Source of the DNA: an uncultured Methanosarcinales archaeon | Lineage (GTDB): Archaea; Nanobdellota; Nanobdellia; Woesearchaeales; GW2011-AR9 | Reading direction: 5' to 3' | DNA length: 64,000 nt | Assembly (NCBI GenBank): GCA_964527395.1 | Contig: CAZGQD010000003.1 | Location: 29,124-93,123, forward strand | Shown here: piece after piece, positions 28,301 through 37,484 of the stretch | How the letters are laid out: each line of letters opens with the position of its first letter | How positions within the stretch are numbered: position 1 is the first letter of the stretch | Translations under genes and position numbers: made by a program | Notes under the pieces: generated by a model | What the model saw: the letters and a program-made list of their open reading frames with translations, nothing else | Database searches by the model: none | Told to the model about the DNA's origin: nothing

Positions 28301-29329
28301 ATGGAAAGAGTATTTTTGTTAGAAGAGCTTGTGTCTCAGAATAGTTTTCCTTCTTATAGAAGGTTGTATGAAGCTTTTGATCCTTTAGAAGTTAGAGCAG
28401 AGTTGCTTGGAACTAGAAGGGGTTTTGTGGATGTTGGGCTAAGTTTTGTTCTTGGTCAAGCCTTGAGAAGACGTATGCAAATAAGTGCTGAATTTGATGA
28501 GGAAAAAGGTGGTTTGAAGTATTTTATCTCTGGAGATGGGGTTTTTGTTAATGAGAGCAGTATCAATGGAGATAGGGCTCCTCTTAACTTTGGAGATGTG
28601 GTGGAATTTCCCAAGGCATCTGAAGTAAATGTAAGAAGAGTTTTTCATAATTCTGCAAGTATTGGTGAAATCTGGGAGAAGGAATTTGAGGGAGATGAAT
28701 TTAGAAAAGTAGGGAGTTGGATGGATTACAAAGGGGTTAGTGGAGGTAAATCTAACTATACAGGATGGAAAGTACATGTTGCATTTTCTAGAGATGAGAT
28801 GGACAAAAGGTATAACTTTTTTCAAGAGATTAAAGGGCAGTTAGGCTCTAATGGATTGAATCTGAGGTGTAAGGTACAAGGAGATTTGGCAGCTTCTAGT
28901 AACAAATTTATGGTATTTTATTTAGGTTTTCCTGGAAAAGAGTTGGAAATATTTCGAAGAACTTACCATGCATTTGGAGATGATGAATATTCGATGTTTG
29001 CTAAAAGAGTGGTATTGAATTCGTTTATGACGGCACTTTATGAAAAAGCTAGTTCTGTGGTTAAAGGTTTAGAAGAAGCGTTAGGAGCTTATCCAGTTTC
29101 ACGTGGAAGTAGCTTTGAGGGAAGTTTTGGACTAAGAGGAGTAAAGCAAATGCCGGGAACTTTAAGTCAATCTGGAAGATTATTTTATGGGTATGATCAT
29201 AATATGCCGATTTATAAAGTAGGGGCTAGCTATGTGAGTGCTGCTAGAAGAAGGCATAATATAATTAAGAACCCTGATTTGTTTTGTCCAAGTGAGTTTA
29301 GTTTAGAGCAAGATACTATTGATCTTTGA
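28301..29329 (+). CDS. degenerate FHA-like domain plus OspF/LanKC-type phosphothreonine-lyase-like domain
   Basis: GVFVN...LNFGDVVEF; then GWKVHVA...CK...NKFMVFY. Confidence 0.5.
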   Translation: MERVFLLEELVSQNSFPSYRRLYEAFDPLEVRAELLGTRRGFVDVGLSFVLGQALRRRMQISAEFDEEKGGLKYFISGDGVFVNESSINGDRAPLNFGDVVEFPKASEVNVRRVFHNSASIGEIWEKEFEGDEFRKVGSWMDYKGVSGGKSNYTGWKVHVAFSRDEMDKRYNFFQEIKGQLGSNGLNLRCKVQGDLAASSNKFMVFYLGFPGKELEIFRRTYHAFGDDEYSMFAKRVVLNSFMTALYEKASSVVKGLEEALGAYPVSRGSSFEGSFGLRGVKQMPGTLSQSGRLFYGYDHNMPIYKVGASYVSAARRRHNIIKNPDLFCPSEFSLEQDTIDL

Positions 29330-29385
29330 GATTGTTGTATTGTTTTGGCTAAATGTTTATATTGTATTGGGTTTATTTTTAGTTT

Positions 29386-30387
29386 GTGGTAATTATTAAT
29401 GATAAAGTCTATGGTGAAGTAGAGATTACTGAGCCTGTGCTGCTGGAACTTATGTCAAGTGCGCCTTTGATTCGATTAAAAGGAATAGATCAAAATGGAG
29501 TGCCTGGCTTTGATTTGCCCGGTGGGAAGACAAGTCGCTTTGAACATTGTGTTGGGGTGATGATATTGCTTGGACAGTTAGGAGCCTCAGTGGAAGAGCA
29601 GATAGCTGGGCTGTTACATGATGTGCCGCACACTGCTTTTTCGCATGCAATTGATTGGGTTTTTGATGATTCTGAAGGGCAGGAGTTTCATGAGAAATTT
29701 TTTGAGAAGATAATTTTGGGTTCTGAAATCCCTTTGATACTTGAGAAGCATGGTTTTTTAGTAGATTCTGTTTTGGATTATAGCAAATTTGGACTTCTTG
29801 AACGTGATTCGCCTGATTTGTGTGGAGATAGAGTTGATTATACCTTTCGTGATAGTTTGACTTGGTTTGGTGAGAGAGGAAAAGAAGTGTTACTTGCTTT
29901 GCCAAGTTTGGTGAATTTTGAAGGAGAGATGGTGTTCAATGATTCTGAGGCTGCTTTGTTATTTGCTCGAAAATATTTGGCATTAGATAGGGAGTTTTGG
30001 GCAGGGCCTAGGTATATGAGTGGGTTTCATTATTTGGCTTTAGCTGTGAAAAGAGCGCTTGAGATCAAATTGATTGATTTTGATGATTTGTTTTTAACAG
30101 ATATGGATGTTTATACCAAGTTATGTGGGAGTTCGGATTTAGAGATAAAGGATAATTTGAAAATGCTTGAATTTTGTAAAGATGCTAAAGTGGTTTCTGA
30201 GAAAACTGATATTGTTTATAAATCAAAAGTGCGGTTTGTTGATCCTAAAGTGTTAATTGATGGGGTTTTGCTGCCTGTTTCTTCTTTGTTTCTAGAGTTT
30301 GAAAAGGAGTTAGAGGAGCATAAGAAACGGTTTTCTAAAGAGTTGTTTATAAAGGTGGAAGAGGAATATGGGATTAGTAAAGATTAA
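29386..30387 (+). CDS. HD-domain phosphohydrolase
   Basis: SRFEHCVG, LLHDVPHTAFSH and DRVDY. Confidence 0.85.
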   Translation: MVIINDKVYGEVEITEPVLLELMSSAPLIRLKGIDQNGVPGFDLPGGKTSRFEHCVGVMILLGQLGASVEEQIAGLLHDVPHTAFSHAIDWVFDDSEGQEFHEKFFEKIILGSEIPLILEKHGFLVDSVLDYSKFGLLERDSPDLCGDRVDYTFRDSLTWFGERGKEVLLALPSLVNFEGEMVFNDSEAALLFARKYLALDREFWAGPRYMSGFHYLALAVKRALEIKLIDFDDLFLTDMDVYTKLCGSSDLEIKDNLKMLEFCKDAKVVSEKTDIVYKSKVRFVDPKVLIDGVLLPVSSLFLEFEKELEEHKKRFSKELFIKVEEEYGISKD

Positions 30388-30412
30388 ATAGTTTTATGAC
30401 TAGTTTTATTTT

Positions 30413-31534
30413 ATGAAATTTGTAAAAATTGTATTTATATTGGTTTTATTTGTTTGTTCTTTGTTTGTTGTTTCTTGTAGTGTTGAAAATTCTGAGGGTT
30501 CTCAAGCAGATCCAGGAAAGTTTAATGGTGGAGGGGATTTTGGTGGAGAAGGCAAGACTTATGAGAAATTGATTATGTTTGCATCAATGTCAGAGGGGTC
30601 AATTTATTTTATTGATTATTTAGGAAATGAAGTTGAGAAAATTGATTTAGGTTTTGAGAAAACTTTTGCAAAAATGCAAGGTGAAAGGTTATTTGTTAGA
30701 GCAAATGCGAATTCTAGACCATTGAATGATGTGTCTGGAGCTAAGATAGTTGAAATTGGAAGTTCAGGGGAAGAGGTTTGGGAATATCAAAATAGTTTGT
30801 TTCACCATGATTTTGTCTTGCTTCCAAATGGAAATATTGTTGCTATAGTTTGGGAAGAGATGTCCTCTGAAGCTAAGGAAAGGCTGCCTTTTGATGCACC
30901 TAGTAAATATTATGTTGATTCTTTGTTAGAAATAGATTATGATAGTCTTGAAGTAGTATGGGAATGGCATGCGCAAGATAAAATGGAGTTAGAAAAATAT
31001 GATCTTAATTCTTTTTCAATTACTGATGAGTTTTTACATCTTAATGCGATAGAATATTTGCCTGAAGGGAATAGTTTAATCTCTGAGGAAGGGTTTTTAC
31101 TTAGTTCACGGACACTTAATTTAGTTTTTGCAGTTAGCAAAAGTAGTGGTGAAGTTATTTGGGAAAGTGGAAGAGAGATATTTAAGTCTCAACATAACCC
31201 TACATTGCTTTCAAATGGAAATATTTTAGTTTTTGATAACCTTGGTGGTGAGGGAAGGACTAGTAGAGTGATTGAATTAGACCCAGGGACTTATGAAATT
31301 GAGTGGGAGTATGCACTTAGTGAAGTAGCAGAGAAGATTAGTGGTGCCCAGAGATTGGAAAATGGGAATACTTTAGTAACAAATGGACCAAATGGGATTT
31401 TGGTTGAAGTAGATGCTTTAGGAGAAGAGGTTTTTTCTTATGAAAGCCCATATTTTAGTGAAAATGGTAGAAATGAGCTGTTTCGGGCCTATTCTTATGC
31501 ATATGATGAGCTAAAATGGCTTTTAGAAGGGTAA
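30413..31534 (+). CDS. arylsulfotransferase-like beta-propeller lipoprotein
   Basis: FHHDF, HLNAI, QHNP and AQRLENGNTL; lipobox VVSC. Confidence 0.75.
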   Translation: MKFVKIVFILVLFVCSLFVVSCSVENSEGSQADPGKFNGGGDFGGEGKTYEKLIMFASMSEGSIYFIDYLGNEVEKIDLGFEKTFAKMQGERLFVRANANSRPLNDVSGAKIVEIGSSGEEVWEYQNSLFHHDFVLLPNGNIVAIVWEEMSSEAKERLPFDAPSKYYVDSLLEIDYDSLEVVWEWHAQDKMELEKYDLNSFSITDEFLHLNAIEYLPEGNSLISEEGFLLSSRTLNLVFAVSKSSGEVIWESGREIFKSQHNPTLLSNGNILVFDNLGGEGRTSRVIELDPGTYEIEWEYALSEVAEKISGAQRLENGNTLVTNGPNGILVEVDALGEEVFSYESPYFSENGRNELFRAYSYAYDELKWLLEG

Positions 31535-31618
31535 TCTTATGAAAATAACTTGTATTTTCAATACTTGCTCTTATGTATCGCAAGCTTTTTAATAAGAACG
31601 TGTTTGTTCTTGTTTTGT

Positions 31619-31761
31619 GGACCTGTAGCCTAGTCTGGATATGGTTAAAATTGGTTTTTTGCTGATTTTTTCTTAGGATTCATATGGCACCAGCCTTCTA
31701 GTTAGCATGAATTTGCTGATAAGACAGCTGGGGGTCGAGGGTTCGAATCCCTCCAGGTCCG
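31619..31761 (+). tRNA. tRNA-Arg(UCU) with a D-arm intron (~43 nt) and a 37/38 intron (25 nt, 31701-31725)
   Basis: Acceptor GGACCTG/CAGGTCC; anticodon arm CCAGC-CTTCTA^A-GCTGG; T arm GAGGG-TTCGAAT-CCCTC. Confidence 0.9.
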
Positions 31762-31801
31762 CTCCTAACTTTTTTATAGTTGGGAAATTGAAGATAATTG
31801 T

Positions 31802-31934
31802 GCGTCCGTGGCTAAGCGGCTAAAGTTAGCGTCTTTTTGGCGTTATTAGCATGCGGTCCCCTGCAGAGGGACAGATCGTGGGAAGTATATAGAAAAATTC
31901 TGTGTACTCACGAATTCGAGTCCCACCGGGCGCT
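31802..31934 (+). tRNA. tRNA-Cys(GCA) with a D-arm intron (31825-31852) and a 53/54 intron (31883-31914)
   Basis: Acceptor GCGTCCG/CGGGCGC; anticodon arm GTCCC-CTGCAGA-GGGAC; BHB-like helices GCTA/TAGC and CGTG/CACG. Confidence 0.9.
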
Positions 31935-31965
31935 CTCTTATCTTTTTCTATTAGAAGGTTTTTTT

Positions 31966-32289
31966 ATGGGAAATTTGGTATCAATCTTGAAAAGTTCTGG
32001 GAAATTCTTTTTAGGTGGAGCAGTGGCAGTGCCTAGCATTCTAGGAGCGTTATTAGGACCAATTTATACTCTTGATTATATGAAAGATCAGCATTGCGGA
32101 GAGTATGAAAATGCTGATGATTTTGCCAATGGAGATTTTTTTTGTATTCAGGATAATGCTAGTTTAGTAGCTGGGTATAGGGGTGACTTTTTGACAATTT
32201 CATATCTGTCTAAACCTGTTTCTGGTTTTGATTTTTCTGTGAAATATAGTGACAAATGGGGCTATGGTGACTTAGTTTCTAGTTTGTAG
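31966..32289 (+). CDS. hypothetical membrane-anchored protein
   Basis: ATG 31966; the longer ORF call overlaps the tRNA. Confidence 0.4.
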   Translation: MGNLVSILKSSGKFFLGGAVAVPSILGALLGPIYTLDYMKDQHCGEYENADDFANGDFFCIQDNASLVAGYRGDFLTISYLSKPVSGFDFSVKYSDKWGYGDLVSSL

Positions 32290-32338
32290 ATTTATATTAA
32301 GCATAATTTTATAACATACTTTGATTCTAAAAGAGACT

Positions 32339-33445
32339 ATGAAAGGAGCAGTATCATCAGTGGACTTGTATGCATTGGTTCATGAAATGCAGTTTTTAGT
32401 AGGATCTAAGCTGCAAAAGGTATATCATCCATCGCGTGAGCTGTTTTTCTTTGAATTTCATTGTCCTGGAAAAGGTAAGCAGATACTTCGAGTGATTCCT
32501 GGGAAGCTGGTTAATTTAGGTTCTGAGAAGCAATCTGTAGTAAAACCAAGCGGGCTTAGTATGTATTTACGAAAATATTTGACTGGTGGTCGACTGGTTA
32601 AAATTTGGCAGAAAGGAACTGAAAGAATATTAGTACTTGATTTTGAAGTTAAGAATGCTGATGAGATTAAAGTATTTCATGTAATTATTGAATTGTTCTC
32701 TAAAGGAAATCTGATCTTTTGTTCAAGTGATTGGATAGTTATGAATCTGCTTGGTAGACAGTTGCGAGAAACTGGAGCAGTTACACATAAGAAAAAATAT
32801 GAGTTTCCACCGGAAAAATTGGATTGGGCGAAACTTGTGTTTAAGGATTTTAAAGAAATATTATTGACTAGTGATAGGAAGAATCTTGCTACAACAATTG
32901 CAGTTGAAATTGGTGTTGGGGGATTATATGCAGAGGAAATATGTGCACGTGCTGAGGTAGATGGAAAAATATTATCTGCTACATTGACTGTTGCTAAAAT
33001 TAAGAAAATATTTTCTGAGTTTGAGAAATTGTTGAAGTCACTGAAATCTGCTAAAGGATATAAATATGGCAAAGAAGTTGTTCCAGTGAAGTTGGTTCAA
33101 GAGAAATATGGAGAACTTGAAACTTCTTTTGAATATTTTTATTTGGCACTAGTATCTGTTAATCCTTTAGTTAAGGAAAGTCCTTATGAGAAAAAGATTG
33201 CTAATGTTTTGCGAATTATTGAAAGACAGGAAAAAGCTGTAGATGATATTGAAGAAGGGATATCTAAGGCAACAGCTAAGGGCGAGAAAATATATTCAGA
33301 ATATTCTAAAATATCTAAGTTAATTGAGCATTGTAATGTAGTTGCTTCAGATAAGGGATGGGCTGAGCTATCTAAGGAGTTAAAAGGACTTAAGTCAATA
33401 AAACAAGTTGATTTGAAGAAGAAAATATTGACAGTTGAATTGTGA
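32339..33445 (+). CDS. NFACT/Rqc2 (FbpA-like) protein lacking the C-terminal NFACT-R region
   Basis: SSVDL, LRKYL, ERIL..., IIELFSKGNLI and GGLYAEEIC. Confidence 0.8.
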   Translation: MKGAVSSVDLYALVHEMQFLVGSKLQKVYHPSRELFFFEFHCPGKGKQILRVIPGKLVNLGSEKQSVVKPSGLSMYLRKYLTGGRLVKIWQKGTERILVLDFEVKNADEIKVFHVIIELFSKGNLIFCSSDWIVMNLLGRQLRETGAVTHKKKYEFPPEKLDWAKLVFKDFKEILLTSDRKNLATTIAVEIGVGGLYAEEICARAEVDGKILSATLTVAKIKKIFSEFEKLLKSLKSAKGYKYGKEVVPVKLVQEKYGELETSFEYFYLALVSVNPLVKESPYEKKIANVLRIIERQEKAVDDIEEGISKATAKGEKIYSEYSKISKLIEHCNVVASDKGWAELSKELKGLKSIKQVDLKKKILTVEL

Positions 33446-33489
33446 TGTGAGAAATATTTTTTTGTTTTTTTAGTGATTAGATATATTCT

Positions 33490-33594
33490 TTAGAGGTTTG
33501 GGAAGAAATATTTTAGGATTATTGCTAGTAAAAAAAGAAGTACACCTCCAATTATAACATCTCTAATATCTTTAAGTAGTTTTTTCTTGTCCAT
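33490..33594 (-). CDS. 34-aa single-TM peptide
   Basis: MDKKKLLKDIRDVIIGGVLLFLLAIILKYFFPNL; overlaps the end of the upstream ORF. Confidence 0.45.
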   Translation of the reverse strand: MDKKKLLKDIRDVIIGGVLLFLLAIILKYFFPNL

Positions 33595-33826
33595 TTTCTG
33601 TTTTTTTGTTATTTTTAGTATTAATAAATTGTTCGATTATTTCTTTTTTTGAGGTTTCGATTTGTTCTAATAGATGCCAGTATGAAGCAATGCCTATTGA
33701 AAAAGAGATAGTGAAAATCCAAATGTACCAGTTGAAAGTAAGGCCAGTTGTGCTAAATAAACCAAAAAATATAGCAAGGACAGCTAGACTTTTCCAAACT
33801 TTTTCTAATAATGATCTTATTTTCAT
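33572..33826 (-). CDS. small membrane protein
   Basis: Two TM segments; start at ATG 33826. Confidence 0.55.
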   Translation of the reverse strand: MKIRSLLEKVWKSLAVLAIFFGLFSTTGLTFNWYIWIFTISFSIGIASYWHLLEQIETSKKEIIEQFINTKNNKKTENGQEKTT

Positions 33827-33926
33827 AATATTTTTTATTTTTGAAGAGTAGTTTATAACGATTTGTTGTTTGTAGAGGTTGAAGTGAATATACATTTGCT
33901 TTTGGGTAAATGCTAGTATATTTTGG

Positions 33927-34033
33927 TATATACTCATCCGTAACTATTTTCTATAACTTGGTTACGGATTCGAGACACAGTTCCGTAAGAAAAGTTCCAC
34001 TTTCTACTTACGGACCAGTATATATGTACTGGA
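33927..34033 (-). repeat. dispersed TCCGTAA/TTACGGA hairpin motif, copy 2
   Basis: Shares a 33-bp identical core with 11794-11826 and adds further TTACGGA and CCAGTA/TACTGG hairpins. Confidence 0.75.
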
Positions 34034-34070
34034 AAGTTTTATTAAGGCAAATGTAATATACTTTTTTTAG

Positions 34071-34556
34071 ATGGGTGGAAAAAGAAAAAAGCAGCTTAAA
34101 TTGGTAAAGTTGCAATTAGTGCTTAGTGTCTTTTGTATGTTTTTAGCAGTTTTTGGTACCTGGTTTATTATGGAAAGAGTAATACTCGATAAGGACAATG
34201 TAAATTCAATAGATTATATAGAGTATAATGGAGTAATGGGTTTGCAAAATCAAGCAGTTTATCATGTGACTGATTTGTGGGCTGAATATGAAGAAGTAAA
34301 TTTTGAGAGATATTTACAGTCAATAGGGATGTCAGAAGAAGAGTATTCTTTTTTGGATGAAAAAGACAGGGATGAAATAAGTGAAGGATATTATAGTCAA
34401 AGTGATAGTTTTCATAATGTTCTTTTAGATGTGAATGAGATCAGTTTTATTTCTTCTTTAGCAAAACTAATGATTTTTTCACTAGGAGTTGTGTTTTTTA
34501 TGATATCTTTATTGTTTAGTTTACAAGGGTATATCAAATACGAAGAAGTAAAATAA
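34071..34556 (+). CDS. hypothetical membrane protein
   Basis: Two TM segments flanking an acidic loop. Confidence 0.55.
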   Translation: MGGKRKKQLKLVKLQLVLSVFCMFLAVFGTWFIMERVILDKDNVNSIDYIEYNGVMGLQNQAVYHVTDLWAEYEEVNFERYLQSIGMSEEEYSFLDEKDRDEISEGYYSQSDSFHNVLLDVNEISFISSLAKLMIFSLGVVFFMISLLFSLQGYIKYEEVK

Positions 34557-34580
34557 AGACAAATCTACTTTGTATATTCT

Positions 34581-34620
34581 TGGAAACATAGTTTCCAGAC
34601 GCTGAATTTAATTCAGCATG
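34581..34620. repeat. twin-hairpin variant D' (TGGAAA..TTTCCA-GACGC-TGAATT..AATTCA)
   Basis: Same module occurs inside MITE C1 (~39570-39615) and MITE B (~59612-59655). Confidence 0.65.
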
Positions 34621-34680
34621 TTGTAGAGGTTGTTTTTGAGTTGGGCAATGTTTTTAAGTAAAATTCTTTGATAATTTGTT

Positions 34681-35895
34681 ATGACACGTTGGGGAAAAGG
34701 TGGTGTATTGGTTTCTCAAATGATTAGGGGAATGATAGATGCAGGTAGGATTAGTTCTGATCTTGATCTTCATCCTCATGTACAACCCTCAAGTATAGAT
34801 TTTCCAGTAGGAGATATAGCTTGGGAAATGAGAGGAGTAGTACTTCCTAGAAAAGGTGAGAAGATAATTGATTTGGTGGAAAAGTTTAAAGTTCCATTTG
34901 TGAAACCGCTTGATTTAGGTAGCGGAGCTATTTTGGAAAAAGGTAGAACATATCTTGTTCGTAGTGCAGTTAAGGTAAAGTTAGACAAAGGTGTTTTGGC
35001 TGAAGCTAGTCCGAAAAGTAGTATTGGAAGAGTTGATTTACATACTCGGGTGGTGTGTGATGGAAGCTGTAAATTTGATACTATTGAAGATGGATATGAA
35101 GGATATATCTATTTGTATGTTGTGTCCAATTCTTTTAGAATACATTTAGAAAAAGGTATACCTTTAACTCAAGTATTGTTTAGAGTAGGTAATCCAGTAC
35201 TTGATCCAATCGAAACTAAGATGGCTTCTGAAGTGCATGGGTTTTTTAGATCAAATTCAGGTGAAGCTTTAACGGCTAGAGTTGATCATCAAGTTCCTGG
35301 AGCGCTTATGACAGTAGATTTGACTGGCCATAATATTGTAGGATATTTTGCAAAAGATACACATACTCCATTATTTTTAAATCGGCGAGATAACCCAGTT
35401 TCTGAGTTTTGGGAAGAAATACCTAAGCCTTCTGATGGGGCTTTGCATATGCCGCAAGGTAAGTTTGGGATATTTGTAACAAAAGAGCATGTTGCGTTTC
35501 CACCATTTGTAAGAAGTTCATCTAACAAGGCAGTAATGGAACCAGGGTATAGTGGAGTTATGATGATTTATGATCCAACAGCAGGAGAGTTTAGAGCGCA
35601 TTATGCAGGGTTTTTTGATCCAGGATGGGGTTGTAACTTTAAAAAGTCGGAAGTTGATGGGAAAACAGTGTTTACTCGTATGAAAGGTAGAGTTTGGGGT
35701 GCTGGGGTACTTGAGATACGTAGTTTTGAGAAAGATAGAATCATACGTGATGGAGATCCGATATGTAGAATTGTGTATGAAAGGTTAATGGATGTTCCTG
35801 ACTTTTTGTATGGAGCAGAAGGATCTGGGTCGAATTATGGGATGCAAACTGGGCCACGGCTTGCTAAGTTTTTTGTTAGTAAAATAAATAAATAA
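34681..35895 (+). CDS. dcd: dCTP deaminase (long, two-domain type)
   Basis: QPSSID, SPKSSIGRVD, GEFRAHYAGFFDPGWG and LEIRS. Confidence 0.88.
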   Translation: MTRWGKGGVLVSQMIRGMIDAGRISSDLDLHPHVQPSSIDFPVGDIAWEMRGVVLPRKGEKIIDLVEKFKVPFVKPLDLGSGAILEKGRTYLVRSAVKVKLDKGVLAEASPKSSIGRVDLHTRVVCDGSCKFDTIEDGYEGYIYLYVVSNSFRIHLEKGIPLTQVLFRVGNPVLDPIETKMASEVHGFFRSNSGEALTARVDHQVPGALMTVDLTGHNIVGYFAKDTHTPLFLNRRDNPVSEFWEEIPKPSDGALHMPQGKFGIFVTKEHVAFPPFVRSSSNKAVMEPGYSGVMMIYDPTAGEFRAHYAGFFDPGWGCNFKKSEVDGKTVFTRMKGRVWGAGVLEIRSFEKDRIIRDGDPICRIVYERLMDVPDFLYGAEGSGSNYGMQTGPRLAKFFVSKINK

Positions 35896-35943
35896 AATTT
35901 TTAAACAGTAGATTTTTAAATGAGGTTTTAAAATGTTTAGATT

Positions 35944-36543
35944 ATGGTAATTAAACTAATAATATCTGATATAGCAGGAGTGTTTCTTTCTAATGCTGAT
36001 CTCTCTTTGCTTAAATATTTGGCTGAAGCTAAAGGCTGTTCTGTTTTGGATGTTGAAAAGAAAATTTTACCTTGGATATATAAGTCTGAGAAAGGGGAAA
36101 TTAGCGAGATTGAGTTTATAGAAGGATTTTTATTGGATCTTGGTTTGGAGTTGAGTGCAGTTGAAATTCAGAAAAAGAGGCATAGTTTAACAGTTGAACT
36201 TGAAGGGATACGTGATTTTATAGTTAAATTGAAGCAGAAATATAAAGTTGCGTTTGTGACAAATAGTAATCAGTTTGAATTTGAGCATAATAATAATGAA
36301 TTTGGTTTGTTGGAATTATTTGATTATGGAGTTTCTTCACATCAAATAGGAGCTAGGAAAACTGAGAAAAAGATATTTGAGACAGTTTTAGAGCATTTTG
36401 GTTTTGATTTTAGTGAAGTAGTGTTTTTTGATGATTCTAAGAAGAATTTAGTGGCTGCTAAGGATCTTGGGATAAATGTGATTCATTATCAGTCAGTTTT
36501 GCAGTTGCGAAAAGAGTTGGATTTGTTAGGAGTAGAGTTTTAA
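35944..36543 (+). CDS. HAD-family hydrolase
   Basis: SDIAGV, VTN, RKTE and FFDD. Confidence 0.8.
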   Translation: MVIKLIISDIAGVFLSNADLSLLKYLAEAKGCSVLDVEKKILPWIYKSEKGEISEIEFIEGFLLDLGLELSAVEIQKKRHSLTVELEGIRDFIVKLKQKYKVAFVTNSNQFEFEHNNNEFGLLELFDYGVSSHQIGARKTEKKIFETVLEHFGFDFSEVVFFDDSKKNLVAAKDLGINVIHYQSVLQLRKELDLLGVEF

Positions 36544-36654
36544 ATGCTTTATAACTTTGTTTTATAGAAATGATAGGTTAGTTCGTCACTAGTCCAAAGA
36601 TGTCCATTGTCCCAAGTAATATCCTCAGGTCCCCATGATGGAGAAGAATATTGT

Positions 36655-37317
36655 TTAATTTTGAATAGGGCTGCATTTTGTGATAAGACTCATTGAATCA
36701 AATCTGCGTTTTTTGGAAGTAAATTGAGAGAAGAAATTGTTGTATTGGTGATCTGTTATTTTTAGGTTTTCATTTCTGAGTAATTTGTTTAAATATAAAT
36801 AATTTATTCTTACTAGGTGAGGGTTTTCAAATTTTAGTTTAAAAATATTATCAATGTATTGAGGGATTGTGCAATCTCCTCTTATACGTTCTTGTGGTAC
36901 AGTAATTATTAGGTTCCCGTTTTTTTTAAGGATCTTTTTTATTTGTTTTAGGAAAATTTTTCTTTTTTTGATGTGTTCGAGAACATGTGAGATAATAATT
37001 AGATCAAATTTTTCTTTACTGAAAAAATCTTTATTAATTTTGAAATATTTAAAATCGCTATATGTTTTTTTTGCGTGGTTTAGAGCGTGTTCGTTGATGT
37101 CAGCTCCACATATTTCGAATTTTTTTTTAGGAAGTTTTTTTTTAATGAAATGTGGAAGGAATCCATCGTTACACCCATAATCAAGAATTCTAATGTTGTC
37201 GTAATCACTTAATATTTTTAAGAGGTAGTTTAATTCATTTTTTTTGAATGGCATATTGTCTCTAGCAAAAGAAGTGATTTTTCTGTTAAGAACAGAATAT
37301 GATTGGTCATATATCAT
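36655..37317 (-). CDS. class I SAM-dependent methyltransferase
   Basis: ILDYGCNDG, GADIN and SHVLEH. Confidence 0.88.
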   Translation of the reverse strand: MIYDQSYSVLNRKITSFARDNMPFKKNELNYLLKILSDYDNIRILDYGCNDGFLPHFIKKKLPKKKFEICGADINEHALNHAKKTYSDFKYFKINKDFFSKEKFDLIIISHVLEHIKKRKIFLKQIKKILKKNGNLIITVPQERIRGDCTIPQYIDNIFKLKFENPHLVRINYLYLNKLLRNENLKITDHQYNNFFSQFTSKKRRFDSMSLITKCSPIQN

Positions 37318-37484
37318 TTAAATTTGTCACCGTCCCAATATATTATGAAGATTTTATTTTTTTATTTGAATCTCTTTATAAATATAACTGAAGTAGAAAA
37401 CATAGGATTAATTATGGATCTTATTGGTTTGTTTATGATTTAAAACAGTAGGTTTTTAAGTAATTGAGTTCTTTTAGTTTAGTT

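Noticed and set aside
31837..31965. 5' part of ORF 31837-32289
   Set aside because: It overlaps tRNA-Cys; the start was moved to 31966.
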